IMG/VR virus record: IMGVR_UViG_2531839332_000012
DNA length: 27,454 nucleotides
Source: a virus
Lineage: Duplodnaviria; Heunggongvirae; Uroviricota; Caudoviricetes
Direction: 5' to 3' (one strand)
In this document: positions 1-8,530 of the stretch, one piece after another
Layout: the number at the start of each line of letters is the position of its first letter
Position numbering within the stretch: position 1 is the first letter of the stretch
Notes under the pieces: model-generated
Databases searched by the model: none
Told to the model about the DNA's origin: nothing
What the model saw: the letters and a program-made list of their open reading frames with translations, nothing else
Position numbers and translations under genes: made by a program

Positions 1-634
1 TGAACTTCGTTTCTTTCTGTTAATAGCCTTAGGGGTGATCATTGTTACCTCTTTCCAGGTCTGGCATATAGGTATGTATGACTTGCATGGAAGTTTTATT
101 CATTCGTTTTTTCTTGCCAGCTCCATGCTCACTGATAATGGTTTAGCTACGCAGGATTATGCAAGTTGGCCCACGCACACGATAGTGTTTTTGCTGTTGT
201 CAAGTTTCTTTGGGGGATGTATAGGTTCAACTTGTGGTGGAATTAAGTCACTTCGATTTCTTATACTTTTCAAACAAAGCAAACACGAGATAAATCAGCT
301 TTCTCATCCCAGAGCGTTGTTGAGTGTAAATGTAGGAGGGAAGATAGTTACAGATCGTGTAATGAGGTCTGTATGGAGTTTCTTTTTTCTTTATACTCTC
401 TTCACGGTGTTTTTTATACTGGTGTTAAATGGTATGGGATATGATTTTCTTACATCATTTGCAACAGTGGCTGCATGTATTAATAATATGGGATTAGGTT
501 TTGGGGCTACTGCATCGTCATTCGGAGTGCTTAATGACATTGCAAAATGTTTAATGTGCATAGCTATGATTCTTGGTCGCCTTGAAATTTATCCTGTTAT
601 TATATTGTTTTCAGGTTTTTTTTGGCGCTCCTAA
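1..634 (+). CDS. trkG: Trk-family K+ uptake membrane protein, C-terminal part (5' end lies outside the window)
   Basis: The open frame runs from the window start to a stop at 632-634 (ORF track 35..634). The product is hydrophobic and carries a TrkH/TrkG-type motif GGCIGSTCGGIKSLRF. trkG is known to sit inside the Rac prophage of E. coli K-12, matching the phage genes downstream. Confidence 0.75.
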   Translation, partial: ELRFFLLIALGVIIVTSFQVWHIGMYDLHGSFIHSFFLASSMLTDNGLATQDYASWPTHTIVFLLLSSFFGGCIGSTCGGIKSLRFLILFKQSKHEINQLSHPRALLSVNVGGKIVTDRVMRSVWSFFFLYTLFTVFFILVLNGMGYDFLTSFATVAACINNMGLGFGATASSFGVLNDIAKCLMCIAMILGRLEIYPVIILFSGFFWRS

Positions 635-720
635 TATATGGCTGATTTATAATTGTGAGTTTAATATTATGTTGACTCACTCATTGATCCAATACCTAAC
701 TTTACCAGCAACCCCTCCGT

Positions 721-752
721 CCCCAGTAGCACTGGCTGCTGGGGTGCGTTTT
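721..752 (+). terminator. Possible stem-loop or intrinsic terminator downstream of trkG
   Basis: A 10-bp stem (ccccagtagc / gctgctgggg, one G-U pair) with loop actg is followed by tgcgttttatt. The U-tract is separated from the stem by 4 nt, so this is a weak terminator candidate. Confidence 0.3.
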
Positions 753-771
753 ATTCATAAAGCAAGGCTGT

Positions 772-1566
772 ATGAGCGAGAAATTAAAGATAGTCTATCG
801 CCCATTACAAGAATTGTCACCGTATGCGCACAACGCCAGGACGCACAGCCCTGAGCAGGTGGCACAACTGGTAGAAAGTATTAAGCAATTCGGCTGGACT
901 AATCCGGTGCTGATTGACGAAAAGGGCGAAATTATTGCGGGTCACGGTCGTGTTATGGCGGCTGAAATGCTCAAAATGGATTCTGTTCCGGTCATTGTTC
1001 TGTCTGGCCTGACGGATGAGCAGAAAAAGGCGTACCGCCTGGCAGATAATCGCCTGCCGATGAATGCTGGCTGGGATGAAGATCTGTTGCGGATGGAGCT
1101 GTCGGACCTAATCAATGCTGATTTTGATGTCTCCCTGACAGGCTTCATCCCGACAGAAATTGATGAACTGTTGACGGATGTTTTGCCCGGTACAGGAAAT
1201 GAGGAGGAGCCGTATACGACGAAAATTGATACGCCTGTTTATGAGCCGTCGGGCGGTAAACCGGATATCAGTGAACTGTACGACGATACGAAAACTCAGG
1301 AGCTGATCAGCCGGATACGTTCGGCGTCCCTTGATCCTGATATTGAGAAATTCCTCCTGTGTGCGGCAGAACGTCACACAGTGTTTAATTTCAGCAGAAT
1401 TGCGGACTATTACGCTCATGCCCCCGCTGAAATTCAGTGCCTTTTCGAGGAGTCGGCGCTGGTGATCATTGATTATCAGCAGGCTATTGAAAATGGATTT
1501 GTCCGAATGACGCAGCGCATGGTGGAGATCATGCATGGCGGGGAGGAGGAGGAGGAATATGCGTGA
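772..1566 (+). CDS. ParB-like nuclease domain (ParB/Srx N-terminal domain) phage protein with an uncharacterised C-terminal domain
   Basis: 264-aa ORF. The N-terminus (YRPLQELSPYAHNARTHSPEQVAQLVESIKQFGWTNPVLIDEKGEIIAGHGRVMAA) fits the ParB N-terminal fold. The C-terminus ends in a poly-Glu tail (GGEEEEEYA). Its stop overlaps the next start (ATGCGTGA). Confidence 0.8.
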   Translation: MSEKLKIVYRPLQELSPYAHNARTHSPEQVAQLVESIKQFGWTNPVLIDEKGEIIAGHGRVMAAEMLKMDSVPVIVLSGLTDEQKKAYRLADNRLPMNAGWDEDLLRMELSDLINADFDVSLTGFIPTEIDELLTDVLPGTGNEEEPYTTKIDTPVYEPSGGKPDISELYDDTKTQELISRIRSASLDPDIEKFLLCAAERHTVFNFSRIADYYAHAPAEIQCLFEESALVIIDYQQAIENGFVRMTQRMVEIMHGGEEEEEYA

Positions 1567-2491
1567 TGATTTTTGCGCCTTTATTCTGACTCACGGGCGA
1601 CCGGACAAAGTTCTGACTTACCGGACGTTGCGTCGTGCTGGCTATACCGGGAAAATTTTTATCGTTGTTGATGATGAAGATAAGACACGGCATCAGTACA
1701 TGGCTGAATTTGGTGAACAGGTGCTGGTATTTTCCAAAGCCGATATTGCCAGTCGTTTTGACGAAGCCGATAATTTTGGTGATCGCCGCTCAATTTTTTA
1801 CGCCCGTAATGCCTGTTTCGACCTGGCAAAACTGGTCGGGTGTAAATACTTCATTCAGCTCGATGATGATTATCACGAGTTCCAGTTTCGGGTGGATCGC
1901 AACTATGACCAGGCCTATTTCCCGATAAGGAAACTGGATGCGATCCTTTCTGAAATGCTGGCGTATTACGAATCAATACCCGCGCTTTCCATCGCTATGT
2001 CGCAGGGCGGGGATTTTCTTGGTGACAATGGCGGCCATGCTTCGTGGGTGAAACGCAAGGCAATGAACAGCTTTATCTGTTCGGTTGATCGACCGTTCTC
2101 ATTCATGGGGCGCATTAACGAGGATGTGAATACGTACACGAATCTCGGTCGCTGTGGTGAATTGTTTATGACGATCGGTGCTGTCCAGTTAGGGCAGAAA
2201 CAGACGCAGAAAAACAGCGGCGGAATGACCGAGCTGTATCTGGATTCCGGAACCTACGTTAAAAGTTTTTACTCCGTCATGTATTCGCCGTCGTGCGTAA
2301 AAATCTCACTGATGGGTGCCAGCCATAAACGCATTCACCATCAGGTCACCTGGAACAACGCTGCAGTAAAAATCCTTCACGAAAAATACAGGAAGAAGAC
2401 ACCCTGCATATCAATGGGGGTGACAAATGATTCCGTATTCGAAAGTCGAGTCTCTGGCAGCGTGCCGGATGACTGCACAACAAATCGCTGA
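1559..2491 (+). CDS. Putative GT-A-fold (DXD motif) glycosyltransferase-like phage protein; function unknown
   Basis: ATG at 1559 is preceded by GGAGGAGGAGGAGGAA and overlaps the upstream stop. The product has an N-terminal strand CAFILTHGRPD, acidic IVVDDEDK, and a DXD-like FIQLDDDY motif typical of nucleotide-sugar transferases. The fold assignment is from motifs only. Confidence 0.6.
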   Translation: MRDDFCAFILTHGRPDKVLTYRTLRRAGYTGKIFIVVDDEDKTRHQYMAEFGEQVLVFSKADIASRFDEADNFGDRRSIFYARNACFDLAKLVGCKYFIQLDDDYHEFQFRVDRNYDQAYFPIRKLDAILSEMLAYYESIPALSIAMSQGGDFLGDNGGHASWVKRKAMNSFICSVDRPFSFMGRINEDVNTYTNLGRCGELFMTIGAVQLGQKQTQKNSGGMTELYLDSGTYVKSFYSVMYSPSCVKISLMGASHKRIHHQVTWNNAAVKILHEKYRKKTPCISMGVTNDSVFESRVSGSVPDDCTTNR

Positions 2492-2678
2492 CGTTCTGGA
2501 TGTTGATCTGAACCGACTGAAAGAAAATCGGGAAGCAATGACAGATTTTTATGCGGCCATCCGTAAGGGCAGAGCGAAAGGTGAAGCCGAGTTACGAGCG
2601 GCATTGTTTAAGCTTGCCAGAAAAGGGGATGCCTTTGCTCTGCGCGAACTACTCAGGGTGGATAAAAATCAGGACTAA
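2427..2678 (+). CDS. Small hypothetical protein (83 aa), possibly helix-turn-helix-like
   Basis: ORF with GGGGGTGA upstream of ATG 2427. An alternative start is ATG 2469. It overlaps the 3' end of the upstream gene and ends 3 nt before the terminase small subunit start. The product is Ala/Arg/Lys-rich and helical. Confidence 0.5.
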   Translation: MIPYSKVESLAACRMTAQQIADVLDVDLNRLKENREAMTDFYAAIRKGRAKGEAELRAALFKLARKGDAFALRELLRVDKNQD

Positions 2679-2681
2679 CTG

Positions 2682-3776
2682 ATGAGCAGACCGGACTGGG
2701 GGGCGTTGCAGCAGGAGTATATTGCTGAATACACCCGCTCCGGTATATCTCCGGTGGCATGGTGTGAAGCAAGGGGACTGAACTACGCAACAGCCCGTCG
2801 TTACATCAAAAAAACTCCGAAAAATGCGCAGAAAGAAATGCGCAAAACTGCGCAAAAAAGTGCGCGAAAAAAAACTGCGCAGACTGCGCAAAGGCAGAAC
2901 AGAAAATCTCAGAAAAAAAAGGCTGTATCCGATGCACTCCTGATTGAGGGGGACACGGAAGAAATTTCGTTCTGCCCCGATGAATTCGGTATTTCTGACC
3001 AGCAGGCAAAATTCGCCATGTTGGTTGCTCAGGGGAAAAAGCCGACAGAGGCATACCGACTGGCTGGTTATGAGGGGCAAGGTGCGACAGCTAACAGCAA
3101 CGCCAGCCGTATGCTTAGAAATGCCAGGGTTTATCGTGCTATCAGCTACTTCCGCAATCAGTACCAGAAACGCTATACCGCAGACCTGGATTTACTGGTG
3201 AGCCAGTTGATGGCCATTGTCCAGGCCGACCCCAATCAGTTGGCACAATTTCGCCGTGTTAACTGCCGTTATTGCTGGGGCGAGAATCATCTCTACCAGT
3301 GGCGTGATATTGCAGAATTCGATAAGGCTGCGGCACAGGCCTCCAGAGATGGTAAACCCGAGCCGGAATATGGAGGCCTCGGCTTTGTTGATAACGCCAT
3401 ACCCAATCCTGATTGCCCGAAGTGCTGCGGTGAGGGAACAGGACAGCTTTATATGGCTGATACCACACTGCTTGATGGGGATGCGCGGCAATTATATGCA
3501 GGGTCAAAGCTCGGAAAATACGGTGTTGAGATCCTGCTGGAGGATAAGGCTGCCGCCCGGCGTGAATTGTTGCGTTTGCTTTCTGCTGGCGGGGCATTAT
3601 GTGCAGATAAGCGGCTACAGGAACTGGAAATTGAACGGCGCAGAATAGAGAACCAGAAGCTGCGCAAAGAGATCGAAACGGTGGAGGATAATGAACATCC
3701 CCAGCCTGTGGCGATCAATATTAATGTGGTTGATGCCAGATTAAGGAGTGATGAAGATGATCTCTCCGACGCTTAA
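2682..3776 (+). CDS. Terminase small subunit (Terminase_2-like) with extra N-terminal basic repeat and C-terminal Cys-rich segment
   Basis: 364 aa. It has an N-terminal HTH-like segment (GISPVAWCEARGLNYATARRYI) and a second HTH motif AYRLAGYEGQGATANSNASRMLRNARVYRAI characteristic of small terminase subunits. It sits immediately upstream of and overlaps the large terminase gene. Confidence 0.8.
   Translation: MSRPDWGALQQEYIAEYTRSGISPVAWCEARGLNYATARRYIKKTPKNAQKEMRKTAQKSARKKTAQTAQRQNRKSQKKKAVSDALLIEGDTEEISFCPDEFGISDQQAKFAMLVAQGKKPTEAYRLAGYEGQGATANSNASRMLRNARVYRAISYFRNQYQKRYTADLDLLVSQLMAIVQADPNQLAQFRRVNCRYCWGENHLYQWRDIAEFDKAAAQASRDGKPEPEYGGLGFVDNAIPNPDCPKCCGEGTGQLYMADTTLLDGDARQLYAGSKLGKYGVEILLEDKAAARRELLRLLSAGGALCADKRLQELEIERRRIENQKLRKEIETVEDNEHPQPVAININVVDARLRSDEDDLSDA
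2821..2893 (+). repeat. Cluster of six TGCGC(A/G) direct repeats inside the 5' part of the small terminase gene (candidate pac / TerS-binding site)
   Basis: TGCGCA occurs at 2825, 2839, 2849, 2876 and 2885, and TGCGCG at 2861, spaced 9-15 nt apart. The same region encodes the basic repeat KNAQKEMRKTAQKSARKKTAQTAQRQ. Confidence 0.4.
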
Positions 3777-5058
3777 TGTGCCTCAGGCGCGATTTCTTTC
3801 AATGCCCCATAAATTTAAAGCCTATATTGCTGGTTTTGGCTCGGGCAAAACATGGGTTGGGTGTGGCGGCATATGCAAGGGGATTTGGGAGCATCCAGGT
3901 ATAAATCAGGGATATTTTGCGCCAACGTATCCCCAAATTCGCGATATTTTTTACCCTACAGTGGAAGAAGTTGCTGCTGACTGGGGATTGAACGTAAAAA
4001 TTAATGAGGGAAATAAAGAGGTTCACTTTTATTACGGACGCCAGTATCGGGGAACCACTATCTGCAGATCGATGGAGAAGCCACAAACGATCGTCGGTTT
4101 CAAAATTGGTAATGCGCTGGTGGATGAACTGGACATTTTGCCGAAGGAAAAAGCCAGAACGGCGTGGCGCAAGATAATTGCGCGTATGCGTTATAAGATT
4201 GATGGACTTCGCAACGGTATTGACGTTACAACCACGCCGGAAGGATTCAAATTTGTCTACGAGCAGTTTGTTAAAGCCGTGCGTGAAAAAACAGATCTGG
4301 CCTCACTGTATGGTCTGGTGCAGGCATCTACTTTCGATAATGAAAAGAACCTGCCAGCAGATTACATTCCTTCACTTCTTGAATCATACCCTCCAGAGCT
4401 GATTAAAGCCTATCTTCTAGGACGGTTTACTAACCTGACAAGTGGTACTGTTTACCATCAGTTTGACCGGAAACTGAATAATTGCGAAGAAGTGGAGCAG
4501 CCAGGGGAGCCGATTTATATTGGGATGGATTTTAACGTTGGAAAGATGGCGGGAATCGTCCATGTGCTGCGTTTGGGGCTTCCATGTGCGGTAACTGAAA
4601 TCATCAATGCCTACGATACGCCGGATATGATCCGCCTCATTAAAGAACGCTTCTGGCTGTATGACGGGCATGATTACCGGAAAGTGAGGGAGATTTATAT
4701 TTATCCAGATGCTTCCGGAGATTCCAGAAAATCAAGTAACGCAAGTACGACGGATATAGCCCAGCTTAAGCAGGCAGGTTTTAACGTTGTGGTGAACAGC
4801 TCGAACCCGCCAGTAAAAGATCGCGTTAACTCAATGAATGCAATGTTCTGCAATGCCAATGGTGAGCGTCGCTATAAAGTTAATGTGAAGCGTTGTCCGG
4901 TATATGCCGAATCTCTGGAGCAACAGGTCTGGGATGATAAGGGGGAGCCTGATAAAAAATCTGGCAATGATCACCCGAATGATGCCGGAGGTTATTTCAT
5001 CGTTAAGCAATTCCCTATTGTCAAACCGACCGGAAGAGTCACATCACTTCGGATTTAA
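3757..5058 (+). CDS. Terminase large subunit
   Basis: Walker A-like GFGSGKTW near the N-terminus; a ~435-aa protein directly after the small terminase. The start is ambiguous (GTG 3748, ATG 3751, ATG 3757). AAGGAG at 3743-3748 favours ATG 3757 by spacing. Confidence 0.85.
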   Translation: MISPTLNVPQARFLSMPHKFKAYIAGFGSGKTWVGCGGICKGIWEHPGINQGYFAPTYPQIRDIFYPTVEEVAADWGLNVKINEGNKEVHFYYGRQYRGTTICRSMEKPQTIVGFKIGNALVDELDILPKEKARTAWRKIIARMRYKIDGLRNGIDVTTTPEGFKFVYEQFVKAVREKTDLASLYGLVQASTFDNEKNLPADYIPSLLESYPPELIKAYLLGRFTNLTSGTVYHQFDRKLNNCEEVEQPGEPIYIGMDFNVGKMAGIVHVLRLGLPCAVTEIINAYDTPDMIRLIKERFWLYDGHDYRKVREIYIYPDASGDSRKSSNASTTDIAQLKQAGFNVVVNSSNPPVKDRVNSMNAMFCNANGERRYKVNVKRCPVYAESLEQQVWDDKGEPDKKSGNDHPNDAGGYFIVKQFPIVKPTGRVTSLRI

Positions 5059-5060
5059 TT

Positions 5061-6467
5061 ATGGCTGATATATCAACACCCAACCTCGACTATAACGATA
5101 TGCTGGAGGCGTGGGATATTAACGACGCATTGATGGGCGGTACGCTTGAAATGCGCAGGCAGGGGGAAAATTATCTCCCCAAATGGCCTAATGAAGATGA
5201 AGACGCTTATAAAAAACGCCTGTCTGTGGCTACGTTACTTCCTGTGTATGAAGAAAGCATCAAACAAAATATTGGGCGCATATTTGCAGAGCCGACAGTA
5301 TTGAGTGAGGAAACGCCGGAAAAAATCAGGGAATATGCAGAAAATATCGACATGGAGGGGAGCCGACTGGATGTGTGGGCGCAGCAATTTTTCAGTCTCG
5401 CATTTCAGTATGGTGTGGCACATGCGCTGGTGGACTATCCACGAACGGATATGAACGAGATTCGGACAAAAGCCGATGAAACCGCGGCCGGTGGTCGCCC
5501 GTACGTTACGATGCTGAATCCACGCCAGGTTATTGGATGGAAATCGAAAGTTGAAAAAGGGAAAGTTGTTCTCACTGATTTGCGTATAAAAGAGGTCATC
5601 ATTATTGATGGTGATGATTTCGGGCAGAAGAAGGTGGAGCAGATCCGCCATATTATGCCCCGTCGAGTAGAAATTTATCGACGCAGCGAAGGTACTAATG
5701 GCGAATCTGTCTGGATGCTTCATGAGTCATGGAATACCAGCCGTGATGATATTCCTCTGGTAACACTGTATACGAAGAAAACAGGGTTTATGCGTGGTAC
5801 ACCGCCATTGCTTAATCTTGGCTTGCTGAATATCAAGCACTGGCAAAGCCAGAGCGAGCAGGACAATATTCTTCATGTTGCCCGCGTTCCATTGCTGGTG
5901 GCCTACGGGCTGGACAGGAATGAAGAACTGACGGTTGGTGCATCCACGGCTACGATTTTTGAGGACAGAACAAAAAATGGCCTCGAATATGTTGAACATA
6001 GTGGCGCAGCGATAGAATCTGGCGAAACATCACTTGAGAAGCTGGAAAATCAGATGCGTCATGCCGGCGCTAAACTTCTGCGGGCTGAAAATACATCCAC
6101 CAAATCTGTTGATCAGACTAATGAAGAGCGGATGCAGGAACACTCGCCGCTTTATACAATGGCGAACTCCCTCGAAGATGCCCTCGATAATATTCTCCAG
6201 ATAATGGCGGAATGGAGCGGAGAGAGTTGCGGTGGCAATGTGGATGTGCGCACTGAACTGGATGTATCTGCCCAGGTGTTTGACTCATCCTCCGCGCTGG
6301 CTGTTCAGTCATTGCGTCAGGGCGGTGATATACGTCAGATTGATGCGGTTCGGGTGTTGCAGGCGTTGAAATTTATCGATCAGGATTCCCGTCCAGAGGA
6401 TGTGATCGATGAATTAAAAAATCAGAGTGTAATGTTGATGGAAATCAATGATGCAAACCGTGAATGA
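5061..6467 (+). CDS. Portal protein
   Basis: 468-aa ORF immediately after the large terminase (3-nt gap), at the conserved portal position, with an acidic C-terminus. Confidence 0.8.
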   Translation: MADISTPNLDYNDMLEAWDINDALMGGTLEMRRQGENYLPKWPNEDEDAYKKRLSVATLLPVYEESIKQNIGRIFAEPTVLSEETPEKIREYAENIDMEGSRLDVWAQQFFSLAFQYGVAHALVDYPRTDMNEIRTKADETAAGGRPYVTMLNPRQVIGWKSKVEKGKVVLTDLRIKEVIIIDGDDFGQKKVEQIRHIMPRRVEIYRRSEGTNGESVWMLHESWNTSRDDIPLVTLYTKKTGFMRGTPPLLNLGLLNIKHWQSQSEQDNILHVARVPLLVAYGLDRNEELTVGASTATIFEDRTKNGLEYVEHSGAAIESGETSLEKLENQMRHAGAKLLRAENTSTKSVDQTNEERMQEHSPLYTMANSLEDALDNILQIMAEWSGESCGGNVDVRTELDVSAQVFDSSSALAVQSLRQGGDIRQIDAVRVLQALKFIDQDSRPEDVIDELKNQSVMLMEINDANRE

Positions 6468-7563
6468 ACGGCTGCGTGATGAATCAATTGCTCATGCAGT
6501 CTGGATATCCCGCTATAGCACTGGTGTGGCTGCCAGAATGGGGAAAATACTGAATGACAGCGATGCGGAGCTTACAGCTCGCCTGCTGGTAGCACTGGAC
6601 AGCCTCGATCCTGGTAGTTTTACCGTTACGCGCCTGGAGTCACTTCTGGCGAGTGTCAGAGAGGTTAACCGCGCTGCTATTAACAGCATGTTTACCAGTC
6701 TCTCCGGAGAGCTGAACGAGCTGGCAATTTATGAGGCTGGTTATCAGTTAAGTCTGTTTGATTCTCTGCTACCTGATTTTGTTGCTGATGTTCACCCTCT
6801 GGTTGGTATATCTTCTGATGCACTTTACGCCGCTGCAATGGCGCGACCATTCCAGGGACGACTGCTCAGTGAGTGGGCCTTGGATCTTGAGGCGGATCGG
6901 CTCAGACGCATAACAAATACGGTGCGTCAGGGTTTTTTGCTGGGGGATACCAATGAGCAGATCGCAAGAAAAATTCGGGGACATGTCAGCAAGGGATTTC
7001 AGGATGGTGCATTGCAGATGAGCCGGGCTAATGCGGCCAGCATTGCAAAAACAGCGGTTGGACATCTTGCTGCTACTGCCCGTGAGAGTTTTGCCAGCGC
7101 GAATAATGATTTGATTAAGGGTAAGCAATGGTTATCAACGCTTGATAATCGTACTACGCCACAATGTCGAATCAGGGATCGCCTCAAATATACGCTGGAT
7201 AATAAACCTGTAGGTCACAGTGTGCCTTATTTGCATGGGCCGGGAAAAATTCATTTCTGCTGCCGCTCAACGGAAACGTTCATTCTGAAATCAGCGAAGG
7301 AACTGGGTATTGATGTTCGTGATATTTCCCCGGCTGAGCGGGCCAGCATGGATGGCGTGGTGGCCGGAGATACAACCTACAGGGAATGGTTTTTGCGTCA
7401 GCCTTACACCAGACAAAAACAGATTGTGGGGGAAACCCGGGCAAAGCTGATTCGGGATGGCGGTATGTCGCCAGATGAATTTTACACCGATAAAGGCGAA
7501 TGGCTGACGCTGAAGCAACTCCGTGAGCGTGATGCACAGGTATTCAGAAAAGCAGGGATTTAA
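6448..7563 (+). CDS. Head morphogenesis / minor head protein (SPP1 gp7 / Mu F-like)
   Basis: 371-aa ORF overlapping the portal stop. Position and size fit minor head protein families. The start is ATG 6448 or 6451. Confidence 0.7.
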   Translation: MMQTVNERLRDESIAHAVWISRYSTGVAARMGKILNDSDAELTARLLVALDSLDPGSFTVTRLESLLASVREVNRAAINSMFTSLSGELNELAIYEAGYQLSLFDSLLPDFVADVHPLVGISSDALYAAAMARPFQGRLLSEWALDLEADRLRRITNTVRQGFLLGDTNEQIARKIRGHVSKGFQDGALQMSRANAASIAKTAVGHLAATARESFASANNDLIKGKQWLSTLDNRTTPQCRIRDRLKYTLDNKPVGHSVPYLHGPGKIHFCCRSTETFILKSAKELGIDVRDISPAERASMDGVVAGDTTYREWFLRQPYTRQKQIVGETRAKLIRDGGMSPDEFYTDKGEWLTLKQLRERDAQVFRKAGI

Positions 7564-7582
7564 ATAAATCATTTATTACAAC

Positions 7583-7610
7583 AGGCTACCTTCGGGTGGC
7601 CTTTTTTATT
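7583..7610 (+). terminator. Intrinsic terminator-like hairpin after the minor head protein gene
   Basis: aggctacc-ttcg-ggtggcct forms an 8-bp stem (one G-U pair) followed by TTTTTTATT, 20 nt after the stop at 7561-7563. Confidence 0.5.
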
Positions 7611-7667
7611 GCTGCGATCCGGATGGTGAGCAGCGTAACTGTCGGAAGACTTAAACCAGGTACTAAT

Positions 7668-8432
7668 ATGAAACTGAAAACGGTCGAGATTAACGGAAAA
7701 CAATACGCAGAAATTGATACTGCTGGCCTGCCAGTTTATGTGCACGACGATGGTAAAGAAATCGGCTTCGATGCACCGCTGGCGATAAAAAAAATTACAG
7801 AGCTTAATGGCGAGGCAAAAAATCATCGCCTGGCTAAAGAAGCTGCAGAGGAAAAACTGGCTAAGTTTGCCGCTATCGAAGACCCGAAGAAGGCGATCGA
7901 GGCACTGGAAATGCTGTTAAAAATCGACCAGAAAAAGCTGATCGATGCGGGACAGGTTGACCAGGTTAAGGCAGAAATTACGAAAAATTTTCAGCAGCAA
8001 TTAGATGAAGAAAAGCAACGCTCTCAGATGCTGGAGACGCAGCTTTACGATTCTATGATTGGCGGTAGTTTTGCGGGTTCAAAATATATTGCCGATAAAA
8101 TTGCGATCCCGGCAGATTTATTACAAGCCCGCTTCGGGCAGGCATTCAAAGTGGAAGAAGGGAAGATCGTTGCTTATGACGCTTCCGGCAACAAAATTTA
8201 TTCCCGCGCGAAGCCTGGCGAACTGGCGCAGTTTGATGAGGCGCTGGAGTTCCTTGTCGAAAATTACCCTCAGAAAGACTACATCCTGAAAGCCAGTGGC
8301 AACAATGGCGGCGGCTCCCGTCCGACACAGCATGATATTGGTCAGAAAACGATGAAACGCTCTGCTTTTGATGCACTGGATGTTGCAGGTAAGCAAAACG
8401 CATTGAAAGACGGTATCACAATCGTTGATTAA
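7668..8432 (+). CDS. Putative head scaffolding protein
   Basis: The ORF track frame 7596..8432 overlaps the terminator hairpin at its 5' end, so ATG 7668 (MKLKTVEINGKQY) is the more likely start. The product is helical and charged, and lies between the minor head and major capsid genes. Confidence 0.55.
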   Translation: MKLKTVEINGKQYAEIDTAGLPVYVHDDGKEIGFDAPLAIKKITELNGEAKNHRLAKEAAEEKLAKFAAIEDPKKAIEALEMLLKIDQKKLIDAGQVDQVKAEITKNFQQQLDEEKQRSQMLETQLYDSMIGGSFAGSKYIADKIAIPADLLQARFGQAFKVEEGKIVAYDASGNKIYSRAKPGELAQFDEALEFLVENYPQKDYILKASGNNGGGSRPTQHDIGQKTMKRSAFDALDVAGKQNALKDGITIVD

Positions 8433-8530
8433 CACATTTGTCAGCTTCCGGATGGGAGCTGGTGTCAGGGCTGGATAGCTCATTACTCCATCTATTCACA
8501 ATTACGCAAATTTTTAAGGAATATTTAATT

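Noticed and set aside
2821-2893. Possible CRISPR-like repeat array
   Set aside because: The repeats are 6-nt motifs with 3-9 nt between them inside a coding region. This is not a repeat-spacer architecture, and there are no cas genes.
942-7572. Multiple minus-strand ORFs of 60-160 aa (for example 1108..1536, 2649..3080, 5235..5723, 6769..7128, 7291..7572)
   Set aside because: All lie fully inside strongly supported plus-strand phage genes with coupled starts and stops. None has a convincing start context or recognisable product.
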